Part shown: positions 17,852-25,878 of the stretch, in pieces
How positions within the stretch are numbered: the stretch's first letter is position 1
How the letters are laid out: every line of letters starts with the position of its first letter
Virus record (IMG/VR): IMGVR_UViG_3300031920_000251
Location: 1 to 42,816 of that record
Source of the DNA: a virus
DNA: 42,816 nt
Strand: one strand, 5' to 3'
Notes under the pieces: model-generated
The model's input: only the letters and a program-made list of their open reading frames with translations
Told to the model about the DNA's origin: nothing
Databases searched by the model: none
Translations under genes and position numbers: made by a program

Positions 17852-18670
17852 TTATCTTATTGATTTTTCTTTAAAAATTTTAATGCCTGCTATTTTTTTA
17901 ACTCCACTTTTTATTGCTTCATTTATTTTTTTACTGTCAGATGAGCAAAAACCTCTTGGAACTAAATCTTCATCAATAATTTCATATTTAGTCAAAGTTC
18001 GCATTCCTTTAACTTTATTTGCCTCTTCTTCTTTATCTCTTTTTTCCTGTTGTTTTGCTTCTAACGCTTTTCTTTTTGCTTCTTTTTTATCTTCCTCAAT
18101 CTGTTTTCTTTCTTCATCCAACTCTCTCTTTTTTCTTGCAATTTCAAGTTTATCTGCTTCAATTTTTGCCTGTGCATTTATTCTGTCTGCTTCGATCTGT
18201 GCTTCTTTTCTTTTGTTTTCATTTTTTTCTTCATCAATTTTAGCCTGTGCTTTTTCTTGTCCTATTCTTATTTTCTCAAGTCTTGCTTCTTCTTTCTCTC
18301 TTTTTTCATCTTCAATTCGTTTCCTTTCAAGCCTATCTTCATCTTCTTTTAATCTTATTTTTTCAAGCCTTTTTCTTTCTTTTTCTGCTTTTTCAAATCG
18401 TATTTTTTCTTGCTCTTGATTATATTTTAATATTTTTTCTTTTACTAATAATTTTGCTTCTTCTGTTGAGACTGAAACTTTTTTTGCAAGTTTATTTATT
18501 TGATTGACAAAATCTCTATGCGGAGTAATCAATTCTTTTCTTCCTTCTTCTATTTCTTTTAAATTTTCTTGGCATAATTTAAAAATCGCACTTGATTTTT
18601 GCAAATCTTCTGAATTTTTAATTACTAATTCAGATGCACTTGTTTTAATTTCTAACCCTTTTTTTTTCAA
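17852..18670 (-). CDS. Lys/Glu-rich coiled-coil protein next to the exonuclease; the annotated TTG start is doubtful (see findings)
   Basis: 272-aa ORF with globular ends around a long KE-rich coil. An ATG at 18701 with the conserved leader is out of frame by one base across an A9 run. Confidence 0.55.
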   Translation of the reverse strand: MKKKGLEIKTSASELVIKNSEDLQKSSAIFKLCQENLKEIEEGRKELITPHRDFVNQINKLAKKVSVSTEEAKLLVKEKILKYNQEQEKIRFEKAEKERKRLEKIRLKEDEDRLERKRIEDEKREKEEARLEKIRIGQEKAQAKIDEEKNENKRKEAQIEADRINAQAKIEADKLEIARKKRELDEERKQIEEDKKEAKRKALEAKQQEKRDKEEEANKVKGMRTLTKYEIIDEDLVPRGFCSSDSKKINEAIKSGVKKIAGIKIFKEKSIR

Positions 18671-18723
18671 AGGGATTTAATTTCATAATTTGTTTTTCCA
18701 TAAATTTTTTTGGTTAAATTAAA

Positions 18724-18954
18724 TTATTGATTTTTATTTTTAACTAAATTATTAAGTTTTTTAATCTCAATTTCAAATAAAGAGTCCACGGTATCGCTTA
18801 CTTTTTTATAAAATTTTTTTACATCTTTTTTTTCTTCTTCTGTATCTGGAATAGCGATAATTCCTAAATTAAATTTACGAAATTTATCTTTGCCTAACAT
18901 ACCTTCAACGCAAATTGTGCGTGATTTTATGCAAGGAATTTCTTTTATTTTCAT
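18724..18954 (-). CDS. hypothetical protein
   Basis: 76-aa ORF in the early operon, preceded by the TAACCAAAAAAA leader motif. Confidence 0.5.
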   Translation of the reverse strand: MKIKEIPCIKSRTICVEGMLGKDKFRKFNLGIIAIPDTEEEKKDVKKFYKKVSDTVDSLFEIEIKKLNNLVKNKNQ

Positions 18955-19005
18955 AGGTTTTTTTGGTTAAACAGCGAATGGTCGGATCCGCTGATATTAT
19001 TTAAT

Positions 19006-19455
19006 TTATTGAAAAGACGGGTCTTCTTCTACATTAACTAATTCATTTTGGCTTTCCTTTAAAAACTCTTCATCCATTCCACCTATTTTAATTTCAACAG
19101 TTTTTGCAACATTTCCTTGTTCCATTTTAAAATCGCTGATGTATCTCATTAATACTTTTTGCCCGATTTTAACATTTCTCATCTGTTTATCAATCATAGA
19201 TTTGCCACCTACTTGATAAATGTCTCCTTTTTCTAATACTGTTGCTTTCTCTTGTGGAATTTTATTAACGATTGCATTAAATTCTCCGTCTATTACTTTA
19301 ATTTCATAAATTCTTTGCATTCCACCTTTGATGTTATCTTTTTTATCATATGAACCAATTAAAGTTCCTTTGATAACATTACCAATTTTACCCCAATTCA
19401 TCCAATTTGACGGTGCTTTTTCGAAACCGTCATCAAAATTTTTGTTTGTAGTCAT
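19006..19455 (-). CDS. hypothetical protein; possible ssDNA-binding protein
   Basis: 149 aa, beta-rich. The acidic C-terminal tail VNVEEDPSFQ is reminiscent of SSB tails (DDDIPF). It lies in the recombination/replication module. Confidence 0.3.
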   Translation of the reverse strand: MTTNKNFDDGFEKAPSNWMNWGKIGNVIKGTLIGSYDKKDNIKGGMQRIYEIKVIDGEFNAIVNKIPQEKATVLEKGDIYQVGGKSMIDKQMRNVKIGQKVLMRYISDFKMEQGNVAKTVEIKIGGMDEEFLKESQNELVNVEEDPSFQ

Positions 19456-19580
19456 AAGTTTTTTAGTTTAAATTTTAAATTATATATAATAATTTTATCA
19501 TGCCGACCTCATAATAAATTATTCTTTATTACTTCGGTGCATTAAACATTTTGCACCAGCTTTATGACAATAAGAGCAAG

Positions 19581-20264
19581 TTAAATATCCATCCCATCCA
19601 TAAAAATCTCCCCATCCCATCCATCATCATGACAGGTTATTTTATAAAATTCATCTTTTTTATAAAAATATTTTTGTAATCCATCTAAAAATTTATTATA
19701 TTCTGGATATTCGCTGTCAAGTATTTCTCCTTCTTTATCGCATTTAAAAGTTGTAATAGTATATTCTGTTAAGCAACAGCGATAACTTGCTTCAATATCA
19801 TCAGAACCATCTATCTCTAATTTTTCTACATTATTTTCCCAGTTCATAAATTCATATCCTTGTTTTTTTTCAAAATCTTTCATCACTTCTAAATATCTTT
19901 TTATAAATTCTTTATGATTTTTCTTCGTCAATTGTTTCTTTAATGTGAAGTTTATCTGTATATAAACTTCCTTGCTATATTTTGTTTTGTTCTTTTTCAT
20001 AAATTTTTTAGTTTTAAGATGATAATCATTAAAAATATGAGTTCCAAAATACTTGAAATCAACATAAACTTCAACTGTGTCTTTTCCTTTTACTTTATAT
20101 TTGCTTCCAAAACTAGAAATAACTCCGACTTTTCCTATCATTGTTGGCTGCCCGACTTCATTATTCCCATTTATTACTTTTACTTTATCTTGTATCTTCA
20201 CAATAAATCTCATTATTGTTTTTATCGTATTCAGTTTTTCTCCAATAACCACCGCTGTTCCCAT
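19581..20264 (-). CDS. hypothetical protein whose 5' end is disrupted by a 94-nt duplication
   Basis: The long ORF is clear. Its first ~24 codons read a copy of the 63-nt repeat unit in the wrong frame. Internal Met at 20141 (MIGKVGV...). Confidence 0.5.
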   Translation of the reverse strand: MGTAVVIGEKLNTIKTIMRFIVKIQDKVKVINGNNEVGQPTMIGKVGVISSFGSKYKVKGKDTVEVYVDFKYFGTHIFNDYHLKTKKFMKKNKTKYSKEVYIQINFTLKKQLTKKNHKEFIKRYLEVMKDFEKKQGYEFMNWENNVEKLEIDGSDDIEASYRCCLTEYTITTFKCDKEGEILDSEYPEYNKFLDGLQKYFYKKDEFYKITCHDDGWDGEIFMDGMDI

Positions 20265-20437
20265 TTATTACTTTTACTTTATCTTGTTTTGTCATAATTA
20301 TTATATTAATATTATTTATTTTCCCAATCAACATTACTTTTACATTTTAATTGTTTCATAAATTTTTTATCCTCTGCGTTCTGTTCGTTTCAATATTAGA
20401 AATTCTTTAATTTTAGATTTAGCACTACCTCACAAGG

Positions 20438-21061
20438 TTATAAATATTTTTTATATAATCCTTTAGAATAACAAGTCCACGGATACCACCCACTATGATT
20501 ATAAATTATATGAGCCATTAAAATATTAATAGTAGGATCTTGTAATTTTTCTGTTGTTAAGTTATAAAACTTCATTCTTTGAGGTAATTCTCTTATTTGA
20601 AATAATCCTGTTGATTGATATTTAGTATTTGTATCTCCTATCGCTTTATGGTTTAATTTACTTTCACATTTAGCAATCGCAATCGCTAGTTTATAATTTT
20701 TAGGAAAAGTGTTTTTAATCAACTCTTCTACTTTTGCTCTTTCTTTAACCGTTGGCATTAGAGCAGGGAGTGCCTGCTCTGCCAAGGGTTGCACGATAGA
20801 GGCAGTCGGAACCAACTCGTCGTAGTCAACCATTTCGCCATATATTTTCTTAGATTGATATTCAGTTATAGCGTCAATGCTAGAAGCGTTAGCAATCATA
20901 ATATTATGTTTGATTTTTATGATCGCATGATAACTAGCGATTAACAATCCTATAATGACTAAGGTTGATGCAGTGAATTTTTTAAGTTTTAGTATTTTGT
21001 TTTTATTTTTGTGAAATCGCTTCAACGAAACGGAAATCTTTATTTTTTGCAGTTTAGTCAT
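20438..21061 (-). CDS. membrane-anchored transglycosylase-like (Rpf/SLT-type) cell-wall hydrolase
   Basis: N-terminal TM segment ASTLVIIGLLIASYHAII. The C-terminal motif AIAKCESKLNHKAIGDTNTKYQSTGLFQI matches the CES...GLFQI lysozyme-like signature. Confidence 0.6.
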   Translation of the reverse strand: MTKLQKIKISVSLKRFHKNKNKILKLKKFTASTLVIIGLLIASYHAIIKIKHNIMIANASSIDAITEYQSKKIYGEMVDYDELVPTASIVQPLAEQALPALMPTVKERAKVEELIKNTFPKNYKLAIAIAKCESKLNHKAIGDTNTKYQSTGLFQIRELPQRMKFYNLTTEKLQDPTINILMAHIIYNHSGWYPWTCYSKGLYKKYL

Positions 21062-21303
21062 TTTTTTTGTAATAATTCTCTATGTAATTTAATATGACAC
21101 TTTTTACATAACCAAATTATTTGAAAAGGTTTATTATAATCTGGATGATGTTTCTCAATGTTTTTATTAGAATTACACAAGGAACATTTTGTTTGTTTTT
21201 TTATATTATTATATTTTATTAAATTATTTATTTTATTTCTTACATTTCTTTTTTTTCTATTTATTTTATTCGAATAATATTTTTTATTTGTATAATAATT
21301 TTT
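21058..21303 (-). pseudogene. HNH-motif open frame with no start codon, in frame with and directly after the TAA of the repeat-protein gene
   Basis: Hand translation gives KNYYTNKKYYSNKINRKKRNVRNKINNLIKYNNIKKQTKCSLCNSNKNIEKHHPDYNKPFQIIWLCKKCHIKLHRELLQKK. It has a CxxC...HH...CxxCH...H pattern. Its TGA overlaps the ATG of 20438..21061 (ATGA). Confidence 0.45.
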
Positions 21304-21828
21304 TTATTTTTCATAAATTTTATTATTTAAATAATATTTATTATTTTTAAATTCTAAAACATTTTTTCCTTCTGTTTTTTCCCAATAACCATCGCTATCT
21401 TCATAATAAATCTCATTATTATTTTTATCGTATTTAGTTTTTCTCCAATAACCATCGCTGTTTTCACAATAAATCTCATTATTATTTTTATCGTATTTAG
21501 TTTTTCTCCAATAACCATCGCTGTTTTCACAATAAATCTCATTATTGTTTTTATCGTATTCAGTTTTTCTCCAATAACCACTGCTATCTTCACAATAAAT
21601 CTCATTATTATTTTTATCGTATTCAGTTTTTTCCCAATAACCACTGCTGTTTTCACAATAAATCTCATTATTATTTTTATCGTATTTAGTTTTTCTCCAA
21701 TAACCATCGCTGTTTTCACAATAAATCTCATTATTATTTTTATCGTATTTAGTAATTGGATATTTTTTCTCTTCTTTCTCTTTTAAATTTTCTTTATTCA
21801 TTGTTTCTTTAATTGTTTTGTTTTTCAT
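21304..21828 (-). CDS. tandem 21-aa repeat protein (YD/Rhs-like or MORN/YwqK-like beta-hairpin repeats)
   Basis: Six near-identical units (K/E)YDKNNNEIYCENSDGYWRKT. Start chosen at ATG 21828 (MKNKTIKE) because the 21834..22016 ORF ends just upstream and the longer Arg-rich extension overlaps it. Confidence 0.6.
   Translation of the reverse strand: MKNKTIKETMNKENLKEKEEKKYPITKYDKNNNEIYCENSDGYWRKTKYDKNNNEIYCENSSGYWEKTEYDKNNNEIYCEDSSGYWRKTEYDKNNNEIYCENSDGYWRKTKYDKNNNEIYCENSDGYWRKTKYDKNNNEIYYEDSDGYWEKTEGKNVLEFKNNKYYLNNKIYEK
21382..21759 (-). repeat. six tandem 63-nt units
   Basis: CCAATAACC recurs at 21382, 21445, 21508, 21571, 21634 and 21697, an exact 63-nt period. Confidence 0.9.
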
Positions 21829-21833
21829 AAATT

Positions 21834-22016
21834 TTATATTAAATTTTCTTCTAAATAAATATCTTTGTCTCTTTCGGCTCTTTCTGCGAACATTTTGTCT
21901 TCTTCTCTTTCTTCTTCTCTTTCTTCTTTTCTCTTGCCGAAAAGTAATAATTCTGTCCAAGATTGTCCAGTGAGTTCCTCTCTAGTTTTAAATTTTACTG
22001 GGTGTTTAATTTTCAT
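21834..22016 (-). CDS. hypothetical charged protein
   Basis: 60-aa ORF in operon orientation. Confidence 0.4.
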   Translation of the reverse strand: MKIKHPVKFKTREELTGQSWTELLLFGKRKEEREEEREEDKMFAERAERDKDIYLEENLI

Positions 22017-22020
22017 AAAT

Positions 22021-22170
22021 TTATTTTCTTAACTCTTTTAATTCTTTATTCATTCTATCTGTATAACCTTCACAATAAAATAGTTGAAATTTTATTTTGA
22101 GCGTTTCGTTATTCGTTGGGTTATACTCATCTTTAGTTTTTTGGTAAAATTCTTCAAATTGTTCTTTCAT
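22021..22170 (-). CDS. hypothetical protein (start moved to ATG 22170)
   Basis: MKEQFEEFYQK... is preceded by the TAACCAAAAAAATT leader. The GTG-extended form in the track runs into the GC-rich spacer. Confidence 0.45.
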   Translation of the reverse strand: MKEQFEEFYQKTKDEYNPTNNETLKIKFQLFYCEGYTDRMNKELKELRK

Positions 22171-22460
22171 AATTTTTTTGGTTAGTTTAAGTTGGCTAGT
22201 GAGAAGAGGGGGATGCGGCACAGTAAGTTTTTATCTTTTCTGTGTCTCTACCGCTTGAAAACGGACTTCCACAAACACCTCTCATTAACCAACTTATATC
22301 CTCCGTGAGGGTTTGCTAATAATGTTTATAACATTTATTGAGCAAACCCGTTGGGGGATTATTTGAATTATCCTTTGTCGTCGCTTTTCGATACCTATAA
22401 TGGATTTACTCTGCGAGTTTTAAAGATTATTTTTTGTCTAATGCTCAATTATATCTATTA

Positions 22461-22661
22461 CTATTTAATTTTATCAAAAATATTAGCGATTTTTTTCCAA
22501 ACCTCTTCGTCCATTTTTAAATCATTTTCGTGATGATGTAATTTTACAAATGACACTCCGCTTAATTTTTCAAGTTGTCTTAATGTTAATCCTGCTTTTT
22601 TACGAAGTCGTTTCAAGTCAACTTTTTTAACTGATACTATTTTTGTTCTGATTATTTCCAT
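22461..22661 (-). CDS. XRE/Cro-type helix-turn-helix regulator
   Basis: LKRLRKKAGLTLRQLEKLSGVSFVKL is a typical HTH_3 pattern in a 66-aa protein. Confidence 0.65.
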   Translation of the reverse strand: MEIIRTKIVSVKKVDLKRLRKKAGLTLRQLEKLSGVSFVKLHHHENDLKMDEEVWKKIANIFDKIK

Positions 22662-22728
22662 AGTTTTATTTTTTTATTAAATTTAATATTATTATAACAT
22701 ATATTTATAATAAGTCAAGCCCCTGTCC

Positions 22729-23310
22729 CTATTCGCTTTCCTCGCACTCCTGAATTACTAACTTTCTGAATCTTTCTAATTTTTGCATTCTATTGGTTAA
22801 TTCTATCGGCTTTATTGGGGAAGCAATTAAACAATCTTTATTGCAACCGTTGCAACGATATTTTATTCCGTCTGAATATTTTTTTAAGTATTTAGGATTT
22901 TTTTTTATAAATTCTATAAAATATTTTTTTTCTCTTCTTTTTTTTTGAAAAACTAAACAAGATTTTTTATACCAATAATCTTTTTTTAAAATTTCGTGAT
23001 ATCTTTTGTTATTTAATTTTCTTCTGTTTTCAATAAATTCGGGATTGTCTTTATTTTTATCTAAATATTTTTTTACTGTTTCGCGATGTGCTTTTTTAAA
23101 CCATTCAAAATTTTTATTTTTATCAAAAAATCTTTTTTGTGCGTTTTTTACATTTTCTTTTCTTATTGGATTTTTTAATCTTTCTTTGTCGTGGCACCTA
23201 AAACACAGACCGTTGCCTTTATGTTTATTTCTTCCTTCCTTGCTTCGTGTTCCGCAATTTTTGCAACGACTGGCTACCCACGACCATTTATTTTTTGAAA
23301 GTATAGGCAT
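22729..23310 (-). CDS. basic zinc-ribbon protein of unknown function
   Basis: CKNCG...GLCFRCH at the N-terminus and CNGCNKDC near the C-terminus. Very Lys/Arg-rich. Confidence 0.45.
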   Translation of the reverse strand: MPILSKNKWSWVASRCKNCGTRSKEGRNKHKGNGLCFRCHDKERLKNPIRKENVKNAQKRFFDKNKNFEWFKKAHRETVKKYLDKNKDNPEFIENRRKLNNKRYHEILKKDYWYKKSCLVFQKKRREKKYFIEFIKKNPKYLKKYSDGIKYRCNGCNKDCLIASPIKPIELTNRMQKLERFRKLVIQECEESE

Positions 23311-23316
23311 ATAAAT

Positions 23317-24057
23317 TTACATTTTGTCAAGGATTTTACAGGCACTCACAAAATCAATTTTTTCGATAGCCATCAATAAATCAATTACTGATTTTCCAGC
23401 CCCGCAACCGAAGCAATGAAAAGTATTAGTGTTTTCATATATAACACAAGATGGTGTAGCCTCTTCGTGGATAGGACACAGTATCTTGTTATTGATTATT
23501 TCAATATTATAGTTTTCCAATACTTGTTTTATTTCTACAGATTTTATTCTTTCAATATCAAAACTTTGATCGTCTTCCTGACGCCGGGAAGGCGATGATT
23601 TGAGCCAGTGGATTTGTTTTTGTAGTTTGTAATATTCAGTTTTTAATTTTTCTATATCTTCTTTTTCAATTTCTAAAAACCAGAGCGGAGTTTTAGGATT
23701 TTTTTGATGCTTATAAAATAATTCTAAACTATAACAAATTTGTTCGTCTTTTTCTTTTAGTTTATTTTTTAAGTTTTTTATTTGTGCTTTGTTTGCGTCT
23801 TCTTCTGATACTCCGTAAATTTCCTGCAACTCAGCACTGTTTACTTTTATTGATTTTTTATGTGCTTGCTCTAACTGTTTATAATATTTGTTGGTTTCCG
23901 ATATTGAACTTATTTCTAATTCTTCTATTTCATCAATGTCTGTTATTTTTGGATATTTTTTTCTAATAAAAAGAATAGTTTCTTTCATTTTTTTCCAATA
24001 TGGCGTGTTGCGTGAGAATGCTTTTGTTATGAAAGTTGTGCGTTGTAATCCGTTCAT
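23317..24057 (-). CDS. protein with a C-terminal DnaG-type CHC2 zinc finger and no recognisable TOPRIM domain
   Basis: CPIHEEATPSCVIYENTNTFHCFGCGAGKSVIDLLM is the zf-CHC2 pattern. The first ~190 aa are coiled and charged with no motif recognised. Confidence 0.6.
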   Translation of the reverse strand: MNGLQRTTFITKAFSRNTPYWKKMKETILFIRKKYPKITDIDEIEELEISSISETNKYYKQLEQAHKKSIKVNSAELQEIYGVSEEDANKAQIKNLKNKLKEKDEQICYSLELFYKHQKNPKTPLWFLEIEKEDIEKLKTEYYKLQKQIHWLKSSPSRRQEDDQSFDIERIKSVEIKQVLENYNIEIINNKILCPIHEEATPSCVIYENTNTFHCFGCGAGKSVIDLLMAIEKIDFVSACKILDKM

Positions 24058-24061
24058 AAAA

Positions 24062-24343
24062 TTAGTTATAATTTCCTTTTATTTTATAATATTTTGATTT
24101 TAATTCGTCTTGTTTTTTTATAATTTGTTTTGTTTCTTTTTCACTTTTACTTCTAGCGATAGCATCAAAAAGTTTACATATTTCATTATCCAAATCATTT
24201 AATTTTTTATATTTATCTTCAAATATAATCCAATTTTCACTATCCCATTGATATATTTTATTATCATCTCCTAACCCATAGATTTTAATAAATTTTTTTC
24301 CTGTTGCACTTGTAATTTGAGTAATTTTTACATTATTGTTCAT
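24062..24343 (-). CDS. hypothetical protein
   Basis: 93-aa ORF in the operon. Confidence 0.45.
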   Translation of the reverse strand: MNNNVKITQITSATGKKFIKIYGLGDDNKIYQWDSENWIIFEDKYKKLNDLDNEICKLFDAIARSKSEKETKQIIKKQDELKSKYYKIKGNYN

Positions 24344-24362
24344 AAATTTATATATTAGTTAA

Positions 24363-25871
24363 TTAAAATAAACTTTCGTCGCCGTTTATCTCTACTAAAG
24401 AGTGGCAACTAACTTGTTTGTTGCTGTTTTTATTAGTGTTGAAATTGCAATCTCTATATAATCTTTTAGATTCGCTTCTAAATATAGTAGCAATCTTCGT
24501 TCCTATTGTGCTTTCCGAAACTTTAGGCAAATGACCTAATTGCACTCTTTCTTGATGCCAATTATTATGTTTTCTTTTAATTTCTATTACAGAAATCCAT
24601 TTATCTTCCGGTAAATCGTCCTGAAATCTATAATTTTCTACTAAAAATTCATAAAGAGTGCTTGTATTTTTTTTGTATTTTTCTATTGCTTCTTTAAAAT
24701 TTTTAGTATAAATAAATTCATAATTTCTTTTATTAAATTCTTTTAATCCCCATATACCAAAATTAAGCACATCCGACATTTCATTTTTCATAATTTTTTT
24801 TTCCATCGTTTTGTCTGCTAAATAATGATTTTTCACTGCTGGATTTTTTATTTTATCAAGTTCAATTTGACTGTCAAAAATATTCTTAAAATCAATTATT
24901 AGTAATCTATTAACTATACCATCTGAATCATCATCAAATTTTGGTAATGAGTTTGTCGCTGCAATAATTTTAAATTTTGGCTTAAAGTCTAATGCCGCTA
25001 TATTTTTTCTTTGTAATGTAATATTATCTCTACTGGTTATTCTTTTAATTTCACCAGAAGTTAAATAACCTTTATCTTCATCGCCAATTATATTTATGCG
25101 TGAAGTTTCCAACCCTTGCCTCTCAAAACCACTTTGCATTGAAAGTTGCTTTAAACTCAATGATGTTTTTTGTTTGTCTATAAAAAATGTTTTTATTAAA
25201 TTTATTAAAAGTGTTTTTCCAGCCCTACTCGGACCATTAAGAATAAAAAATTTATTAACATTAGTGGAAGTTGAAAAAAGACAACCCATCATCATCGCTA
25301 TATTCTTAATTGTATCTATATCATCGTCAAACACAGTGAATAAATATTGTGCAAAATTTGGGCAAGAATTTAATAATGATGGCAGTTCCCATTTTTTGGG
25401 TTTTTTATATTCTATTTTTTCTATCATTGATGTTATATAAATATCTTTTGAATAGGGTTCTAATTTTAATGTATTTATATTTAATATTCCGTTTTTTATT
25501 GCGACGCAATCTTCATAATTATCTAATTCTACTGTTTTAATATTTTCTTCTAAAAACAAAGATGTGATCAATTGATTAACAAAACCAGCGTTTTTAAATT
25601 TCAATTCTAAGAAAGAATATTTTTTAAAAAATAGATAAATAATTTTTTCTTTATCTTTTTTTGTTTCTAAAAGATTATATTTAATTCCATCAAATAAATA
25701 TAATTCTTTTTTGTCTTTAATGAAAATATTTTCATTAGCAATAAATTCTGCTAATTTAATAACATTCTCTTTATTTTCTTTTATTTTAAACTCAAGACCA
25801 TTAAGAGATTTGTTTTTCTCTTTTTCTATAACTTTTTTAAATTCTGGCATAATGACAAGTTTATTATACAT
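24363..25871 (-). CDS. SF3 (D5/P4-alpha-type) replicative primase-helicase
   Basis: Walker A LNGPSRAGKT, Walker B IIGDEDKG, then ATNSLPKFDDDSDGIVNRLLIIDF, typical of the phage/plasmid primase P4-family C-terminal domain. Confidence 0.8.
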   Translation of the reverse strand: MYNKLVIMPEFKKVIEKEKNKSLNGLEFKIKENKENVIKLAEFIANENIFIKDKKELYLFDGIKYNLLETKKDKEKIIYLFFKKYSFLELKFKNAGFVNQLITSLFLEENIKTVELDNYEDCVAIKNGILNINTLKLEPYSKDIYITSMIEKIEYKKPKKWELPSLLNSCPNFAQYLFTVFDDDIDTIKNIAMMMGCLFSTSTNVNKFFILNGPSRAGKTLLINLIKTFFIDKQKTSLSLKQLSMQSGFERQGLETSRINIIGDEDKGYLTSGEIKRITSRDNITLQRKNIAALDFKPKFKIIAATNSLPKFDDDSDGIVNRLLIIDFKNIFDSQIELDKIKNPAVKNHYLADKTMEKKIMKNEMSDVLNFGIWGLKEFNKRNYEFIYTKNFKEAIEKYKKNTSTLYEFLVENYRFQDDLPEDKWISVIEIKRKHNNWHQERVQLGHLPKVSESTIGTKIATIFRSESKRLYRDCNFNTNKNSNKQVSCHSLVEINGDESLF

Positions 25872-25878
25872 AACAAAA

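Noticed and set aside
17883-18507. Three plus-strand ORFs (17883..18419, 18019..18243, 18247..18507) rich in S/F/L
   Set aside because: They are antisense shadows of the Lys/Glu-rich coiled-coil gene (AAG/GAA repeats read as CTT/TTC) and run against the operon direction.
21354-21731. 125-aa ORF (MRFIVKTAMVIGEKLNTIK repeats) inside the 63-nt repeat array
   Set aside because: It is an alternative frame of the same strand that stays open only because the repeat unit lacks stops. The YDKNNNEIY frame extends beyond the array with proper start and stop context.
21382-21759. CRISPR array (also considered for 42439..42816 and the (TA)14 tract)
   Set aside because: The units are contiguous with no unique spacers and lie inside open reading frames. 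These are protein-coding tandem repeats and, for the (TA)14 tract, a microsatellite.
21829-21960. Arg-rich N-terminal extension (MDRIITFRQEKRRKRRRKRRR...) of the repeat protein
   Set aside because: It overlaps the separate ORF 21834..22016 in another frame. The internal ATG at 21828 begins 6 nt after that ORF's stop, which is the normal packing seen elsewhere in this operon.
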